A stretch of 64,000 nucleotides of DNA from Patescibacteria group bacterium (GCA_028688375.1 JAQTYG010000001.1:99345-163344); one strand, 5' to 3'. Numbered from the stretch's first letter, positions 49,601 through 58,972 are shown. Made by a program: numbers and translations. Notes: a model not told the origin generated them from the letters alone.

Positions 49601-51069
49601 ATTTTAATAGAAAACAATTCTTCTGGTTTTTAATATTATACTTCGGACTGCGCCTGTTCTCCTATTTTTTTACTCCGCCCACTCCCCTGTTGGCCGGCTC
49701 AATCGTCAACACCGCGGTTTCAACGGCGCTGGCGCTCTGGGGCGCTTATTGGCTGATCAAGAACGACGCGCGCGGCTGGCTGATCGTCGCCGGAGAAATA
49801 ATTTTTTGTGGCAGTGGTAATATTTTATCCATCGGCAGTATTTCTTTGCGCACGATCCTGCTGGCTGTCTCTCTGACGATTTTCTTTATCCACATTTTAA
49901 GAAAAAAACAATTTACCATATTTCATACCGTCTTAGCCAAAATCATATTTCTCGTCGTCCTCTGGGGCGCCGCTGCAGCGGTAATCGGGCTAAACAACGG
50001 CCATCAATCCACCCGAATTTTTTCCGACTTTATCCCCTATTTATTTCTGCTTTATTATTTTCCTTTGCTGGAGTGGTTGAAGAACGAGCGTTTCAAAAAC
50101 ACTTGTTTCAATATGATTATCGCGGCGCTTGGCGGCGGCGCGGTGATGCTTATTTTTACCTTATTCGCGTTTAGTTTTGGTTGGTTGGCCATGCAGGGCG
50201 CCTATTATCACTGGTTCCGAGATGTGGCCGGCGGAAAAATTACCGATTTAGGCACGGGATTTTTCCGGTTGGTACTCAACGAGCACTTGCTCTTGATACC
50301 TTTATTGCTCTGGTTTATCTTTAGACAAATTACTAAACCGGCCTGGATAAATATCGGCCTGATTTTAGCTTCCTCCGCAATACTGGCCGTCAACCTGACG
50401 CGCGTTTATTTCTTGGCCTTGGTGATCGGACTGGCATGGCTTTTTTCTCGCGCCAATTGGCGGCGCTGGCTTAAATATTCTGTCCTGACGCTCGCCGGAG
50501 TATTTGTTATTTTTACCGTCTTTTATTCCGTCACCAGCCGAGGCCATAGTTTAGGCTGGGAGTTTTTCGGCATTCGTTTGCAAAGCATCGCCGCGCCGCA
50601 AATTGAAGATAGCTCGCTGTCGCGCCTGTTATTGTTGCCGAAAATTATGGAAAAAATAAAAACCGCGCCGGTTCTCGGGCAAGGTCTGGGCGATACGGTT
50701 ACGGTTTATAGCCCGGTTTTGGCGCAAGAAATCACTACCCCGCATTTTGATTGGGGGTATCTAGAAATTCTCGCGGAAATGGGCGTGATCGGATTGTTGT
50801 TTTGGCTGTCGCTCATTGGCTATCTGATATTTTTAGGCAGTAAAAAAACAACCGCTGTCGGGTCGTCCTATTTGTCTCCGTTAATCGCCCTCATGGTTAT
50901 TAATATCACCGCGCCGGCTTTTTTCCATGTGCTGGGCATCGTGACGATAGCCATCACGGCCGCTGTAAGCCATGCTTCCGCGCCACAATCTGCTTCGCCG
51001 CTTCAAATTCCTTCAGACCAAAAATTTTCCACGGTAAAAGATAAACAAACCCCGGCAACCATCGGCTGA
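49597..51069 (+). CDS. O-antigen ligase/polymerase (Wzy_C) family membrane protein
   Basis: 490 aa with 10-12 TM helices and a large periplasmic loop; architecture of the Wzy/WaaL family. Confidence 0.55.
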   Translation: MNFNRKQFFWFLILYFGLRLFSYFFTPPTPLLAGSIVNTAVSTALALWGAYWLIKNDARGWLIVAGEIIFCGSGNILSIGSISLRTILLAVSLTIFFIHILRKKQFTIFHTVLAKIIFLVVLWGAAAAVIGLNNGHQSTRIFSDFIPYLFLLYYFPLLEWLKNERFKNTCFNMIIAALGGGAVMLIFTLFAFSFGWLAMQGAYYHWFRDVAGGKITDLGTGFFRLVLNEHLLLIPLLLWFIFRQITKPAWINIGLILASSAILAVNLTRVYFLALVIGLAWLFSRANWRRWLKYSVLTLAGVFVIFTVFYSVTSRGHSLGWEFFGIRLQSIAAPQIEDSSLSRLLLLPKIMEKIKTAPVLGQGLGDTVTVYSPVLAQEITTPHFDWGYLEILAEMGVIGLLFWLSLIGYLIFLGSKKTTAVGSSYLSPLIALMVINITAPAFFHVLGIVTIAITAAVSHASAPQSASPLQIPSDQKFSTVKDKQTPATIG

Positions 51070-51673
51070 TACCGGCCCGTCGGCCGACAATTTTTTTATA
51101 CAATATTTCCGGCACAAAAATGCCGGTTTTATTTTTGGCCAGCAAGGTCAGCCACAAATCCCAATCTTGAAAACGCTTGAGCGATTCGTCAAACCCGCCA
51201 AAATCTCGACGGCGAATCAATGAAGTGACGTCGATGTAATTATTTTGTTTCAAAGCCGAAGCGTCAAATGACCGACAGGCAAATTTTTTGCAGCCAAATT
51301 TAAATCCGCTATAAGCGTAGGAAACTTCCGGGTTAACGTCTAACGCCGCTTTCATTTTGGCCAGCATCGCCGGCGCTCCGACCGTGTCTGCGTCCCAAAA
51401 AATCACATACGCGCCGCGTGAAGAAGCGAACCCGTTGTTTCTCGCCGTTGGCGCGCCGCGATTCTCTTGGGTAAGAACGCGAATATTTAATTCTTTATAA
51501 ACACCGCTGCGGATAATTTCGTCCATCGTTTCAGAAAAATCATCTTGACTGCCGTCATTCACCACGATTACCTCAAGCGGCCGGTAGGTCTGTTTTAAAA
51601 GGGAAAATAAACACCGCCTGAGGGTGCGGGCGTGATTATAAACCGGGATAATTACACTGATTAACTCTGGCAT
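50954..51673 (-). CDS. Family 2 glycosyltransferase
   Basis: Starts MPELISVIIPVYNHARTLRRCLFSLLKQTY...VIVVNDGSQDD and has the DxD motif. The chosen start is the ATG at 51673. Confidence 0.75.
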   Translation of the reverse strand: MPELISVIIPVYNHARTLRRCLFSLLKQTYRPLEVIVVNDGSQDDFSETMDEIIRSGVYKELNIRVLTQENRGAPTARNNGFASSRGAYVIFWDADTVGAPAMLAKMKAALDVNPEVSYAYSGFKFGCKKFACRSFDASALKQNNYIDVTSLIRRRDFGGFDESLKRFQDWDLWLTLLAKNKTGIFVPEILYKKIVGRRAGISRWLPGFVYLLPWKIFGLKEFEAAKQIVARKHGLQRP

Positions 51674-51675
51674 AT

Positions 51676-52788
51676 TTATGAGAATAAAAGCGCCAGTTGT
51701 TTGGCCCAAGTGAACTCGTTAAGCACTCTTTGCCGGCCGGCTTCGCCCATTTTTTTGGCAAAATCTTTTTCTCGAAGCAAGTCGCTCACCGCGGCCACCA
51801 CTTGCGTATCCTGATAAGTGTCCACCAAAAGTCCGGTGACTAAATTTTCCACCGCTTCTTCCACCCCACCGACATTACCGGCCACTACCGGCACCCCGCA
51901 AGCGGCCGCTTCCATAAACACCGTCCCCCACCCCTCTTCGGCCGTTTCGTCTTTATGCGTCAGCAAAACAAAAATGTCGGTTAAATGATAAAATTTCGGC
52001 AATTCATCGTAATTAACCTGGCCCAAAAATCTGACGACATTTTGCAAATTATTTTTTTGGACCAAATCGATAATTTGATTTTTTTTCGGCCCGTCACCCA
52101 CCACCAGCCAAACCAAATTCGGCACTTTAATCAAAATCTTCGGCAATAAGCGTATGAAATGCGGAAAACCTTTGCCATCAGCCAACCGCGCCACGGTTAA
52201 AACCACTTTTTTTCCGCCCAAGGCCAACTGCGCGCGCATCATTTCTTTCTCTTGATCGGAAATCGGTGACAAAAAAATATCGCCCGGGCAAGGATGGACC
52301 ACTACCACGTTATTCAAATCTTCAAACCGAGAGGTCAATTTGTGTTTTAAAAATTCGCTGCCGACCACCACTTTGTCGGCATTTTTACAAACTATCTTTA
52401 ACTGGCGCGCTTTATTTTTTAAACCCATCTTCAAATCAGTGCCGTGCAAAAAAACCAAATAAGGCACCTTGATAAACTTTTTTATCAAATAGCCGACGTA
52501 CCCACTGGGCAGGGCGTGCTGTATCAACAAACGTTCAATCCCTTCGCGTTTAACGATTTTCTTAATCTGCCAATACATTCGCAACCAGCGCGGCCAAAAG
52601 AAAGCAAAATACGGTTTGTGACGATAGGTTTTCCACGAATTTTTTTTGTCCCACTCACTGCCGCCCGGAACCTTGGGCGCGTAGACAAAAGTTTCCTTGG
52701 CCGGCAAATGCGCCGCCAAATTGTACGCATAGGAAGCGATGCCGCCGATCTGGGGCGGATATTCCAAAGTAATAATGAGAATTTTCAT
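51676..52788 (-). CDS. Family 4 glycosyltransferase (GT-B)
   Basis: Starts MKILIITLEYPPQIGGIASYAYNLA and has an E-x7-E-type C-terminal domain. Confidence 0.8.
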   Translation of the reverse strand: MKILIITLEYPPQIGGIASYAYNLAAHLPAKETFVYAPKVPGGSEWDKKNSWKTYRHKPYFAFFWPRWLRMYWQIKKIVKREGIERLLIQHALPSGYVGYLIKKFIKVPYLVFLHGTDLKMGLKNKARQLKIVCKNADKVVVGSEFLKHKLTSRFEDLNNVVVVHPCPGDIFLSPISDQEKEMMRAQLALGGKKVVLTVARLADGKGFPHFIRLLPKILIKVPNLVWLVVGDGPKKNQIIDLVQKNNLQNVVRFLGQVNYDELPKFYHLTDIFVLLTHKDETAEEGWGTVFMEAAACGVPVVAGNVGGVEEAVENLVTGLLVDTYQDTQVVAAVSDLLREKDFAKKMGEAGRQRVLNEFTWAKQLALLFS

Positions 52789-52800
52789 AAATAGTAAAAA

Positions 52801-54234
52801 TTATCGGCTAAATATTTTTATTTTTACTTCAGCTAACAATTCCCGATTCAAACCGCCGCTCAAAAGCAACAAGCCGAAATAAACCATACCGCCTAAAGGA
52901 ATGGCTAAAAACAAAGAAAGATATGGCAGAGATAAATAAACCGCGCCGCCCATTATAACCGCCGGGACAATCGCTCTTAGACTATATGAAAACAACGCCA
53001 TCTTGTTAAGCTGGGCATAACGATTGGCCAAAGTAAAACCGGATAACCAGAGAAAAAAGTTACCGATCAGCGCGGAAATGGCCGCTCCGATAATGCCCAA
53101 TTTGGGAATTAAAATAACATTAGCCACAATGCTGATCAGCAGAGCGCAGGCCATTAAAATTGTTTGTTTCTTTTGTTGGCCGATGGCGTTAAGCAGGGCG
53201 CCGCTGATAAGCGCCAGATAACCAAAAACCAGGCTGATAACCAGGATGCGCAAAGGCAAAACCGAGGGAAAATAATTTTGTCCGTAAACTTTCGTGATAA
53301 ACGGTTCAGCAATGGCGAAGATGCCGGCTGACAGAGGAAAAACTATAATAAAAAGATAACGCCAGGACTTTTCAAACAATCTGGCAATCTCCTCGCGATT
53401 AACCGCGAACAGCGAACTGAACACGGGATAAACGCTGGCCGACAAAGCCAGCGGAATGAACTGGAAAGCAAAAGTTATTTTGTAGGGTACGCTCCACCAG
53501 CCCAGTTCGCGCGCGGTCAGCATTTTTGACATCAGCATGGAATCGCTGTACGAATAAAGACGGCCGATTATACCCGCCAAAGCGAACGGCCAAGCCATGG
53601 CAATAAATTCGCGCCAGGCGATGCGGCTTAAAGCCAGTTTCAATTTCAGGCCGAAAAGACGGACGGCGAAAAATCCCGAATAACAGACATTCAAAAAACT
53701 GGGAACGGCGTAAGCGATAATCAGCCAGATGAGCGGCAAGCGCAGATACAAGGCAACCGAACCGATAATCAGCGTAATTAACTGCGAACCGACGATGCCG
53801 AACGATTCATATTTGAGATTGCGCTTGGCGCGGAAAACGGCGTAAAAAAGAGAATGCAGATTGTCCGTCCACATGGTCAGGCCGGCCAAATAAATGAGGT
53901 CGCGTATCAGTGCGGGATATTGCAGTAAGTTTACGCCAATTACCACCAACAAATACGCGGCTCCGCCAAAAAGCAATTTGCCGGAAAACGCCGTGGCAAA
54001 AATATCATTGGATTTTTCCGGGCTCTTGGACATTTCGCGGGTGAGCACGGCGGCAAAACCGAAATCAGCCACCACGGCAAAAATATTGGTGAAAGTCAAA
54101 GCAAAAAAATATGCGCCGGTGTTCTCCACTCCGATCAGGCGGGCGATAACCGTAAAATAGACAAAAGAAATTATCTTTTGTCCGATTGACGCGGCCGTCA
54201 AAAACGACGTATTTTTGGCAACGGAATATTCCAT
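52801..54234 (-). CDS. Polysaccharide biosynthesis flippase (Wzx/MOP superfamily)
   Basis: 477 aa with about 12-14 TM helices, arranged like an oligosaccharide flippase. Confidence 0.7.
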   Translation of the reverse strand: MEYSVAKNTSFLTAASIGQKIISFVYFTVIARLIGVENTGAYFFALTFTNIFAVVADFGFAAVLTREMSKSPEKSNDIFATAFSGKLLFGGAAYLLVVIGVNLLQYPALIRDLIYLAGLTMWTDNLHSLFYAVFRAKRNLKYESFGIVGSQLITLIIGSVALYLRLPLIWLIIAYAVPSFLNVCYSGFFAVRLFGLKLKLALSRIAWREFIAMAWPFALAGIIGRLYSYSDSMLMSKMLTARELGWWSVPYKITFAFQFIPLALSASVYPVFSSLFAVNREEIARLFEKSWRYLFIIVFPLSAGIFAIAEPFITKVYGQNYFPSVLPLRILVISLVFGYLALISGALLNAIGQQKKQTILMACALLISIVANVILIPKLGIIGAAISALIGNFFLWLSGFTLANRYAQLNKMALFSYSLRAIVPAVIMGGAVYLSLPYLSLFLAIPLGGMVYFGLLLLSGGLNRELLAEVKIKIFSR

Positions 54235-54496
54235 AACATCGGCTATTTTATCATCAAATTTCCTTTTTTACAAATAATTCTGGCTGCTGTGACAGACACT
54301 GGATATTTACATCTAGAACATTCTGTGGTATTCTATAAATAGAATAAGTGGGCATTAATTCTCTAAACATATGGCCGGAGCAAATACTGGGAGCGCTGGA
54401 GCTCAGCGATCTCCTAAAAAATTGCCGAAAACGCGCTCAAAAACGAAGAAAAAATAATTTCTGCATGCGTGTTGAACAAAACCCCCTAAGAGGGTT

Positions 54497-55717
54497 TTGT
54501 TATTTAAATCTATGACGCCATCAATTGTTTATTGGTACAACTTAATGCTTTCAGAGGATTCTATCGAAAAAAGAAACGAGACTGTTGAATTGGTGTTCAA
54601 ATCATTAAAAAATGAACGTCCCGACTTGTGCTCCATTATTTTAGAAAGGTCGTGCATGTACCAATGCAATCACTGCATCTTTCAGCCGGAAAAGTCTTCC
54701 AGCCGAATTTCACATAAAAATAGTTTGAAGGAAATAATCTGCAATATAGCCTCTCAATTGGAAAGAGGGGCGGCGATTATTCATGAGGGCAGGGTTCTCA
54801 AGGATTGGCACATATCGATTCTGAAAAGCATAAAAAAAATGAGACCGGATATAAAAATCGGTATTATTGATAACGGCACATTATTGACTCTGGAAAATGA
54901 ATTAAAAACTAATAGATTTAAATTTGATTGGATTGACATTTCCATTGACGGCATCGAAAGTGTTCATAATCGACAAAGGAATAGCGAGCTATCTTTCGCC
55001 ATCGCCTTGAACGGTCTTCAGAATGCTAAAAAATTACTAACACCCGAGAAAGGTAAATTGACTTCCTTATTTACAATAACAAAAATCAATTTTCGCGGTA
55101 TTTACGATGCCGCCAATTTTCTATTTAAGAATAGACTTATTGACGAATTTCACGTCACTCCCATTTCGGCAGTCCGTCGTGAAATCGCTGGGCTTGCCTT
55201 ATCAAAAAGTAATTACAAAATTGTTTGGTTACAAATAAAAAAAATTTGGCAAAAATATCAAAACAAAAAAGAAAGCAAGATATTCATAAAAATTTATCAA
55301 TCTACAGATCTACTAAGAATTGCCGAAGCGGTCGGGGCCAAAAAATTTTTAAAGTCTTTTACAGATACGAAATCAGTGCGAATCGACCGCGGCAGTATCA
55401 GTTTCGTTCTCGACGGTGTTCGAATGACGTATATCCCGATGAGCACCTGCCCGTCGGAAACATTTGTAATTGACGTCGATGGCGTTTATCGCTTGCCATA
55501 TTGTTTAAAATATACTTTGAGCGAACTCCGGAAGAAAGTCTCCAAGAATAATATGGATATCAGTAGTTATTCAGTGGCAAAACTGTCAGACACATCAAAC
55601 TTTAAAAACATATTCGCAGTTGGCGTAGACCAATGGCAACGGAATTTCGGTATGAATTTGTTGAAGGAAGAACAAACCGTTTTTAAAAAAATCAGGAACG
55701 CCGCTAGATTAGGATGA
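54497..55717 (+). CDS. Radical SAM domain protein (AT-rich, no close family assigned)
   Basis: Has the Cx3Cx2C motif SCMYQCNHC, a GGE-like AAIIHEG, and then IIDNGTL and DISIDG. The ORF track starts it at a TTG at 54497; an ATG at 54512 (MTPSI) is an alternative. AGAGGG lies upstream. Confidence 0.7.
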   Translation: MLFKSMTPSIVYWYNLMLSEDSIEKRNETVELVFKSLKNERPDLCSIILERSCMYQCNHCIFQPEKSSSRISHKNSLKEIICNIASQLERGAAIIHEGRVLKDWHISILKSIKKMRPDIKIGIIDNGTLLTLENELKTNRFKFDWIDISIDGIESVHNRQRNSELSFAIALNGLQNAKKLLTPEKGKLTSLFTITKINFRGIYDAANFLFKNRLIDEFHVTPISAVRREIAGLALSKSNYKIVWLQIKKIWQKYQNKKESKIFIKIYQSTDLLRIAEAVGAKKFLKSFTDTKSVRIDRGSISFVLDGVRMTYIPMSTCPSETFVIDVDGVYRLPYCLKYTLSELRKKVSKNNMDISSYSVAKLSDTSNFKNIFAVGVDQWQRNFGMNLLKEEQTVFKKIRNAARLG

Positions 55718-55749
55718 CGCGACGTCGAAATGCTTAATCTTACAAACCA

Positions 55750-55775
55750 AAAACCCGCCGGAGAGGCGGGTTTTG
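55750..55775. terminator. Bidirectional terminator between the radical SAM gene (+) and rpsI (-)
   Basis: AAAACCCGCC-ggaga-GGCGGGTTTTG. Confidence 0.75.
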
Positions 55776-55779
55776 AAAT

Positions 55780-56316
55780 TTAGCGTTTTGACCACTGCGG
55801 GGCGCGGCGCGCTCTCTTCAAGCCGAATTTCTTTCTTTCCTTCACGCGGGCGTCGCGCGTCAGTAAACCGATTGATCGCAACGTCTTTTTGAAATCTTCG
55901 TTCCAGAGCACCAAGGCGCGGGATATTCCATGGCGGATAGCTTCGGATTGGCCGTGCTTTCCCCCGCCAGACACCTTGATTGAAACATCCAGGTCTTTAT
56001 CTTTGGCCAGCGCCTTTAGCGGAGCCATAACATTTTCCTGCCAGTCAAAATAAGGGAAATATTTCTTAATATCCTGGCCGTTGATGGTAACTTTGCCGCT
56101 CCCGGCGGTAATTCTCACCCTGGCCGACGCGCATTTTCTGCGGCCGACGGCGCGAGAAAAACTGCCGGATTTCCCCGCCATTTTTTCTACCACGACTTTT
56201 TCTTCCACCTCCACTTTTTTTACCGGTGACGCTTTAAGCGCTTTGACCGGAACCTTGGTCGCGACTTTCTTGTGCGCCGGCTTAGCGTGCGGTTTTACAG
56301 TTGTTTTGGTTGGCAT
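55780..56316 (-). CDS. rpsI: 30S ribosomal protein S9 with a ~45-aa K/P/A/V-rich N-terminal extension
   Basis: The S9 core GRRKCASARVRI...KRARRAPQWSKR is preceded by MPTKTTVKPHAKPAHKKVATKVPVKALKASPVKK.... Confidence 0.85.
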   Translation of the reverse strand: MPTKTTVKPHAKPAHKKVATKVPVKALKASPVKKVEVEEKVVVEKMAGKSGSFSRAVGRRKCASARVRITAGSGKVTINGQDIKKYFPYFDWQENVMAPLKALAKDKDLDVSIKVSGGGKHGQSEAIRHGISRALVLWNEDFKKTLRSIGLLTRDARVKERKKFGLKRARRAPQWSKR

Positions 56317-56325
56317 AAAATAATT

Positions 56326-56682
56326 CTATTTAAAACTCAGGCGGAGCATACGCGCGGTGCGCAATTTGTTTTTCGGCAACATCCTGGCCACGGCATGGCG
56401 TAAAATTTCTTCCGGATTTTCCGCCAGCACTTTTTTCGCCGGCGTTTCTTTCAAACCGCCCGGATGCATGGAATGATGGCGATAAACTTTTTGCTCTAAT
56501 TTTTTACCGGTAAAAGACATGTTGGCCAAATTGGTCACAACTATTTTGTCACCAGAATCAATGTGGGTGCGATAGCCGACCTTATTTTTGCCGATTAAAA
56601 TCATGGCAATTTTGGAAGCCAAACGACCCGGGGTCTGTCGCGACGCGTCAATTTCAATTTTGTTTCTCTTGATTTTTGACAT
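56326..56682 (-). CDS. rplM: 50S ribosomal protein L13
   Basis: Has GRLASKIAMILIGKNKVGYRTHIDSGDKIVVTN. Confidence 0.8.
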   Translation of the reverse strand: MSKIKRNKIEIDASRQTPGRLASKIAMILIGKNKVGYRTHIDSGDKIVVTNLANMSFTGKKLEQKVYRHHSMHPGGLKETPAKKVLAENPEEILRHAVARMLPKNKLRTARMLRLSFK

Positions 56683-56692
56683 ATCTATAAAA

Positions 56693-57049
56693 TTACTTTA
56701 CCAATTCAATGGTCGCAGTTTCAGAACCGTCACCCAATCTTCGATCGGAGGCTAAAGTCAGTCTGGTATAACCTCCCTGGCGTCCGGCATAACGCGGACC
56801 CAGCACCTCCATTAATTTCTTGACGGCATTTTGCGTATAAAGATCGCGGATCAGAGCGCGACGCGCGCTTAAAGTATTTTTTCGAGCCGTAGTGATCATT
56901 TTTTCCACTAACGAGCGCACGGCTTTCGCCTTGGCCTTAGTGGTGGAAATTTTTTCATACAAAATTAAACTCTCGGCCAAATTGGCGAGCAGCGAGTGGC
57001 GGGAGGCGCTCTGGCGATCCAGCGTAACTTTCTTCTTTTGGTGTCTCAT
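56693..57049 (-). CDS. rplQ: 50S ribosomal protein L17
   Basis: Starts MRHQKKKVTLDRQSASRHSLLANLAESL and ends YTRLTLASDRRLGDGSETA. Confidence 0.85.
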   Translation of the reverse strand: MRHQKKKVTLDRQSASRHSLLANLAESLILYEKISTTKAKAKAVRSLVEKMITTARKNTLSARRALIRDLYTQNAVKKLMEVLGPRYAGRQGGYTRLTLASDRRLGDGSETATIELVK

Positions 57050-57059
57050 ATATCAATAA

Positions 57060-57881
57060 TTAATCCTCCTTTTTCGTTTTCTTTTTGGCGGCTTTAACTT
57101 TTTTCTTGCCTTTTTCCGTTTTATCTCCATCGACTTCCGCCTCTTTTTCCGCGGCGGTCACTCGGACAGCGGCCGCTTCATCGGCTAAACCACTTTCCGC
57201 CTCGGTTAAAACAATGCTGAAGTGATCCATTAAAATTTGGGTGGATTGAAAGACAGCATCGCGCGGAGTAATCGTGCCATTGGTTTCAATGGACAAAACC
57301 AATTTTTCATAGTTAGTAATGTCGCCAACACGAGTATATTCCACGTGGTAGCCGACATCTTTGACCGGGCTGTAAATGGAATCAACCACGATCGTACCCA
57401 AATCATAACCGGATTTATCTTTTTGTTCGGTGGTTTTAAAACCGCGCCCGCGGCCAACGGTAATTTCCAAATCAAAAGGTTTGGCGCTGGTTAAATTGGC
57501 AATGACCAATTCCGGATTAAAAATTTCCACATTGGAATTCTTATCGAAATCAGCCGCCGTTACCGCGCCCGGGCCTTTTTTGGATAAAGATAACGTCACC
57601 GGCTCGTCAATATGCGCTTTTACCACCAACTGCTTTAAATTAAGCATCACCTCGACGACGTCCTCCTTTACTCCATCAATGGAACCGAACTCGTGTTGCA
57701 CTCCGCGAATTTTAAAAGATTCAACGGCGGCACCCGGCAAAGACGAGAGTAACACACGGCGCAAGGCATTGCCCAAAGTGGTGCCATAACCGTGGTAGCA
57801 GGGCGTAATAACGACATCGGCCGTATTCGGCTTGTCTAACGCCTGGAACTCAATTTTTGACGGTAAGAGCAAGTTCTCCAT
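57060..57881 (-). CDS. rpoA: DNA-directed RNA polymerase subunit alpha (N-terminal domain only; the C-terminal domain is replaced by a K/E/A-rich tail)
   Basis: The alpha N-terminal domain is conserved (LGNALRRVLLSSLPG). The protein is 273 aa and ends ...AEKEAEVDGDKTEKGKKKVKAAKKKTKKED. Confidence 0.85.
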   Translation of the reverse strand: MENLLLPSKIEFQALDKPNTADVVITPCYHGYGTTLGNALRRVLLSSLPGAAVESFKIRGVQHEFGSIDGVKEDVVEVMLNLKQLVVKAHIDEPVTLSLSKKGPGAVTAADFDKNSNVEIFNPELVIANLTSAKPFDLEITVGRGRGFKTTEQKDKSGYDLGTIVVDSIYSPVKDVGYHVEYTRVGDITNYEKLVLSIETNGTITPRDAVFQSTQILMDHFSIVLTEAESGLADEAAAVRVTAAEKEAEVDGDKTEKGKKKVKAAKKKTKKED

Positions 57882-57908
57882 AGAGAATAGAGCTATGTTA
57901 ATAAAAAA

Positions 57909-58535
57909 TTAACGTGAATAGAACTCGATAATTGACGCCGGGTTGAAATTCGGATTTTCCAAAACCGGGGCATTCAACACTTTGGCGCTTAATGTTTTAG
58001 CGTCCGTGCTGATCCAAGAAGGGTACTCAGCTTTGGCTAAGCGCTCTTCCAGACCTTGCATGCCTTTTTTATTTTTCGCTAATTCTTTAATAGCCACCAC
58101 GTCACCGGATTTTACGCGATAAGACGGGATATCCACTTTGCGACCATTAACGGTAAAATGGCCGTGAGTCACTAATTGACGGGCGGTTAAACGAGATTTA
58201 GCAAAACCGGCGCGAAAAACTACGTTATCTAAACGAGATTCTAAACAGGCGATCAAAAGTTTACTGGTATCGCCGACTTTATTCGAAGCTTCAGCCACAT
58301 AATTGGCAAACTGTCGCTCAATCAAACCATAGACGCGCTTCACTTTTTGTTTTTCCTTAAGTTGTCGGCCATAGCCGGACATCTTGGTGCGTTTTTGATT
58401 CGGGCCGTGCATACCCGGCGGATAATTACGTTTGTTCATCGGGCATTTCGGTGAAAGACACTTTTCGCCCTTTAACATCAGTTTTTCTCCGGCGCGGCGG
58501 CACTGAGCGCATTTGGAATTTATTTTTTCTGACAT
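57909..58535 (-). CDS. rpsD: 30S ribosomal protein S4
   Basis: Has the zinc-ribbon-like N-terminus CAQCRRAGEKL...CLSPKC and an S4 domain. Confidence 0.9.
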   Translation of the reverse strand: MSEKINSKCAQCRRAGEKLMLKGEKCLSPKCPMNKRNYPPGMHGPNQKRTKMSGYGRQLKEKQKVKRVYGLIERQFANYVAEASNKVGDTSKLLIACLESRLDNVVFRAGFAKSRLTARQLVTHGHFTVNGRKVDIPSYRVKSGDVVAIKELAKNKKGMQGLEERLAKAEYPSWISTDAKTLSAKVLNAPVLENPNFNPASIIEFYSR

Positions 58536-58547
58536 AATATTTTATAT

Positions 58548-58961
58548 TTAGACGCGTCGTCTCTTAGGCGGACGGCAGCCGTTGTGCGGAATCGGCGTGA
58601 CATCGTTGATAGAGAGCACATTGAGACCGTTGGTATGCAGTGCGCGAATGGCGCCTTCGCGTCCCGCGCCGATGCCTTTGATAAAAACATTCACTTCTTT
58701 TACGCCGTAATCGGCCACTTTTTCCATTAATGTTTTTACCACCATGGAAGCAGCATAAGGCGTGGCTTTTTTCGGGCCTTTAAAACCGGCCATACCGGAA
58801 GAAGCCCAGCCCAAAGTGTTGCCATTCGGATCGGTAATGGTAATGATAGTATTGTTATAAGAAGCGGAAATATAGGCGTTGCCGCGCGGCACTTGCTTAA
58901 CCACTTTGCGTTTTTTCGGCTTAACGGCCACGGCCGGAGCTTGAGTTTTTTCTTGAGTCAT
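58548..58961 (-). CDS. rpsK: 30S ribosomal protein S11
   Basis: Has [12 protein letters not shown]...ATPYAA...RPPKRRRV. Confidence 0.9.
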   Translation of the reverse strand: MTQEKTQAPAVAVKPKKRKVVKQVPRGNAYISASYNNTIITITDPNGNTLGWASSGMAGFKGPKKATPYAASMVVKTLMEKVADYGVKEVNVFIKGIGAGREGAIRALHTNGLNVLSINDVTPIPHNGCRPPKRRRV

Positions 58962-58972
58962 AAGTCTAAGAA

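Noticed and set aside
54370-54456. 28-aa ORF MAGANTGSAGAQRSPKKLPKTRSKTKKK, called as a gene
   Set aside because: It is kept only as a flagged candidate in the findings and not listed as a feature. It has no SD sequence, and the local GC-rich patch could equally be a structured promoter or UTR element of the divergent flippase and radical SAM genes.
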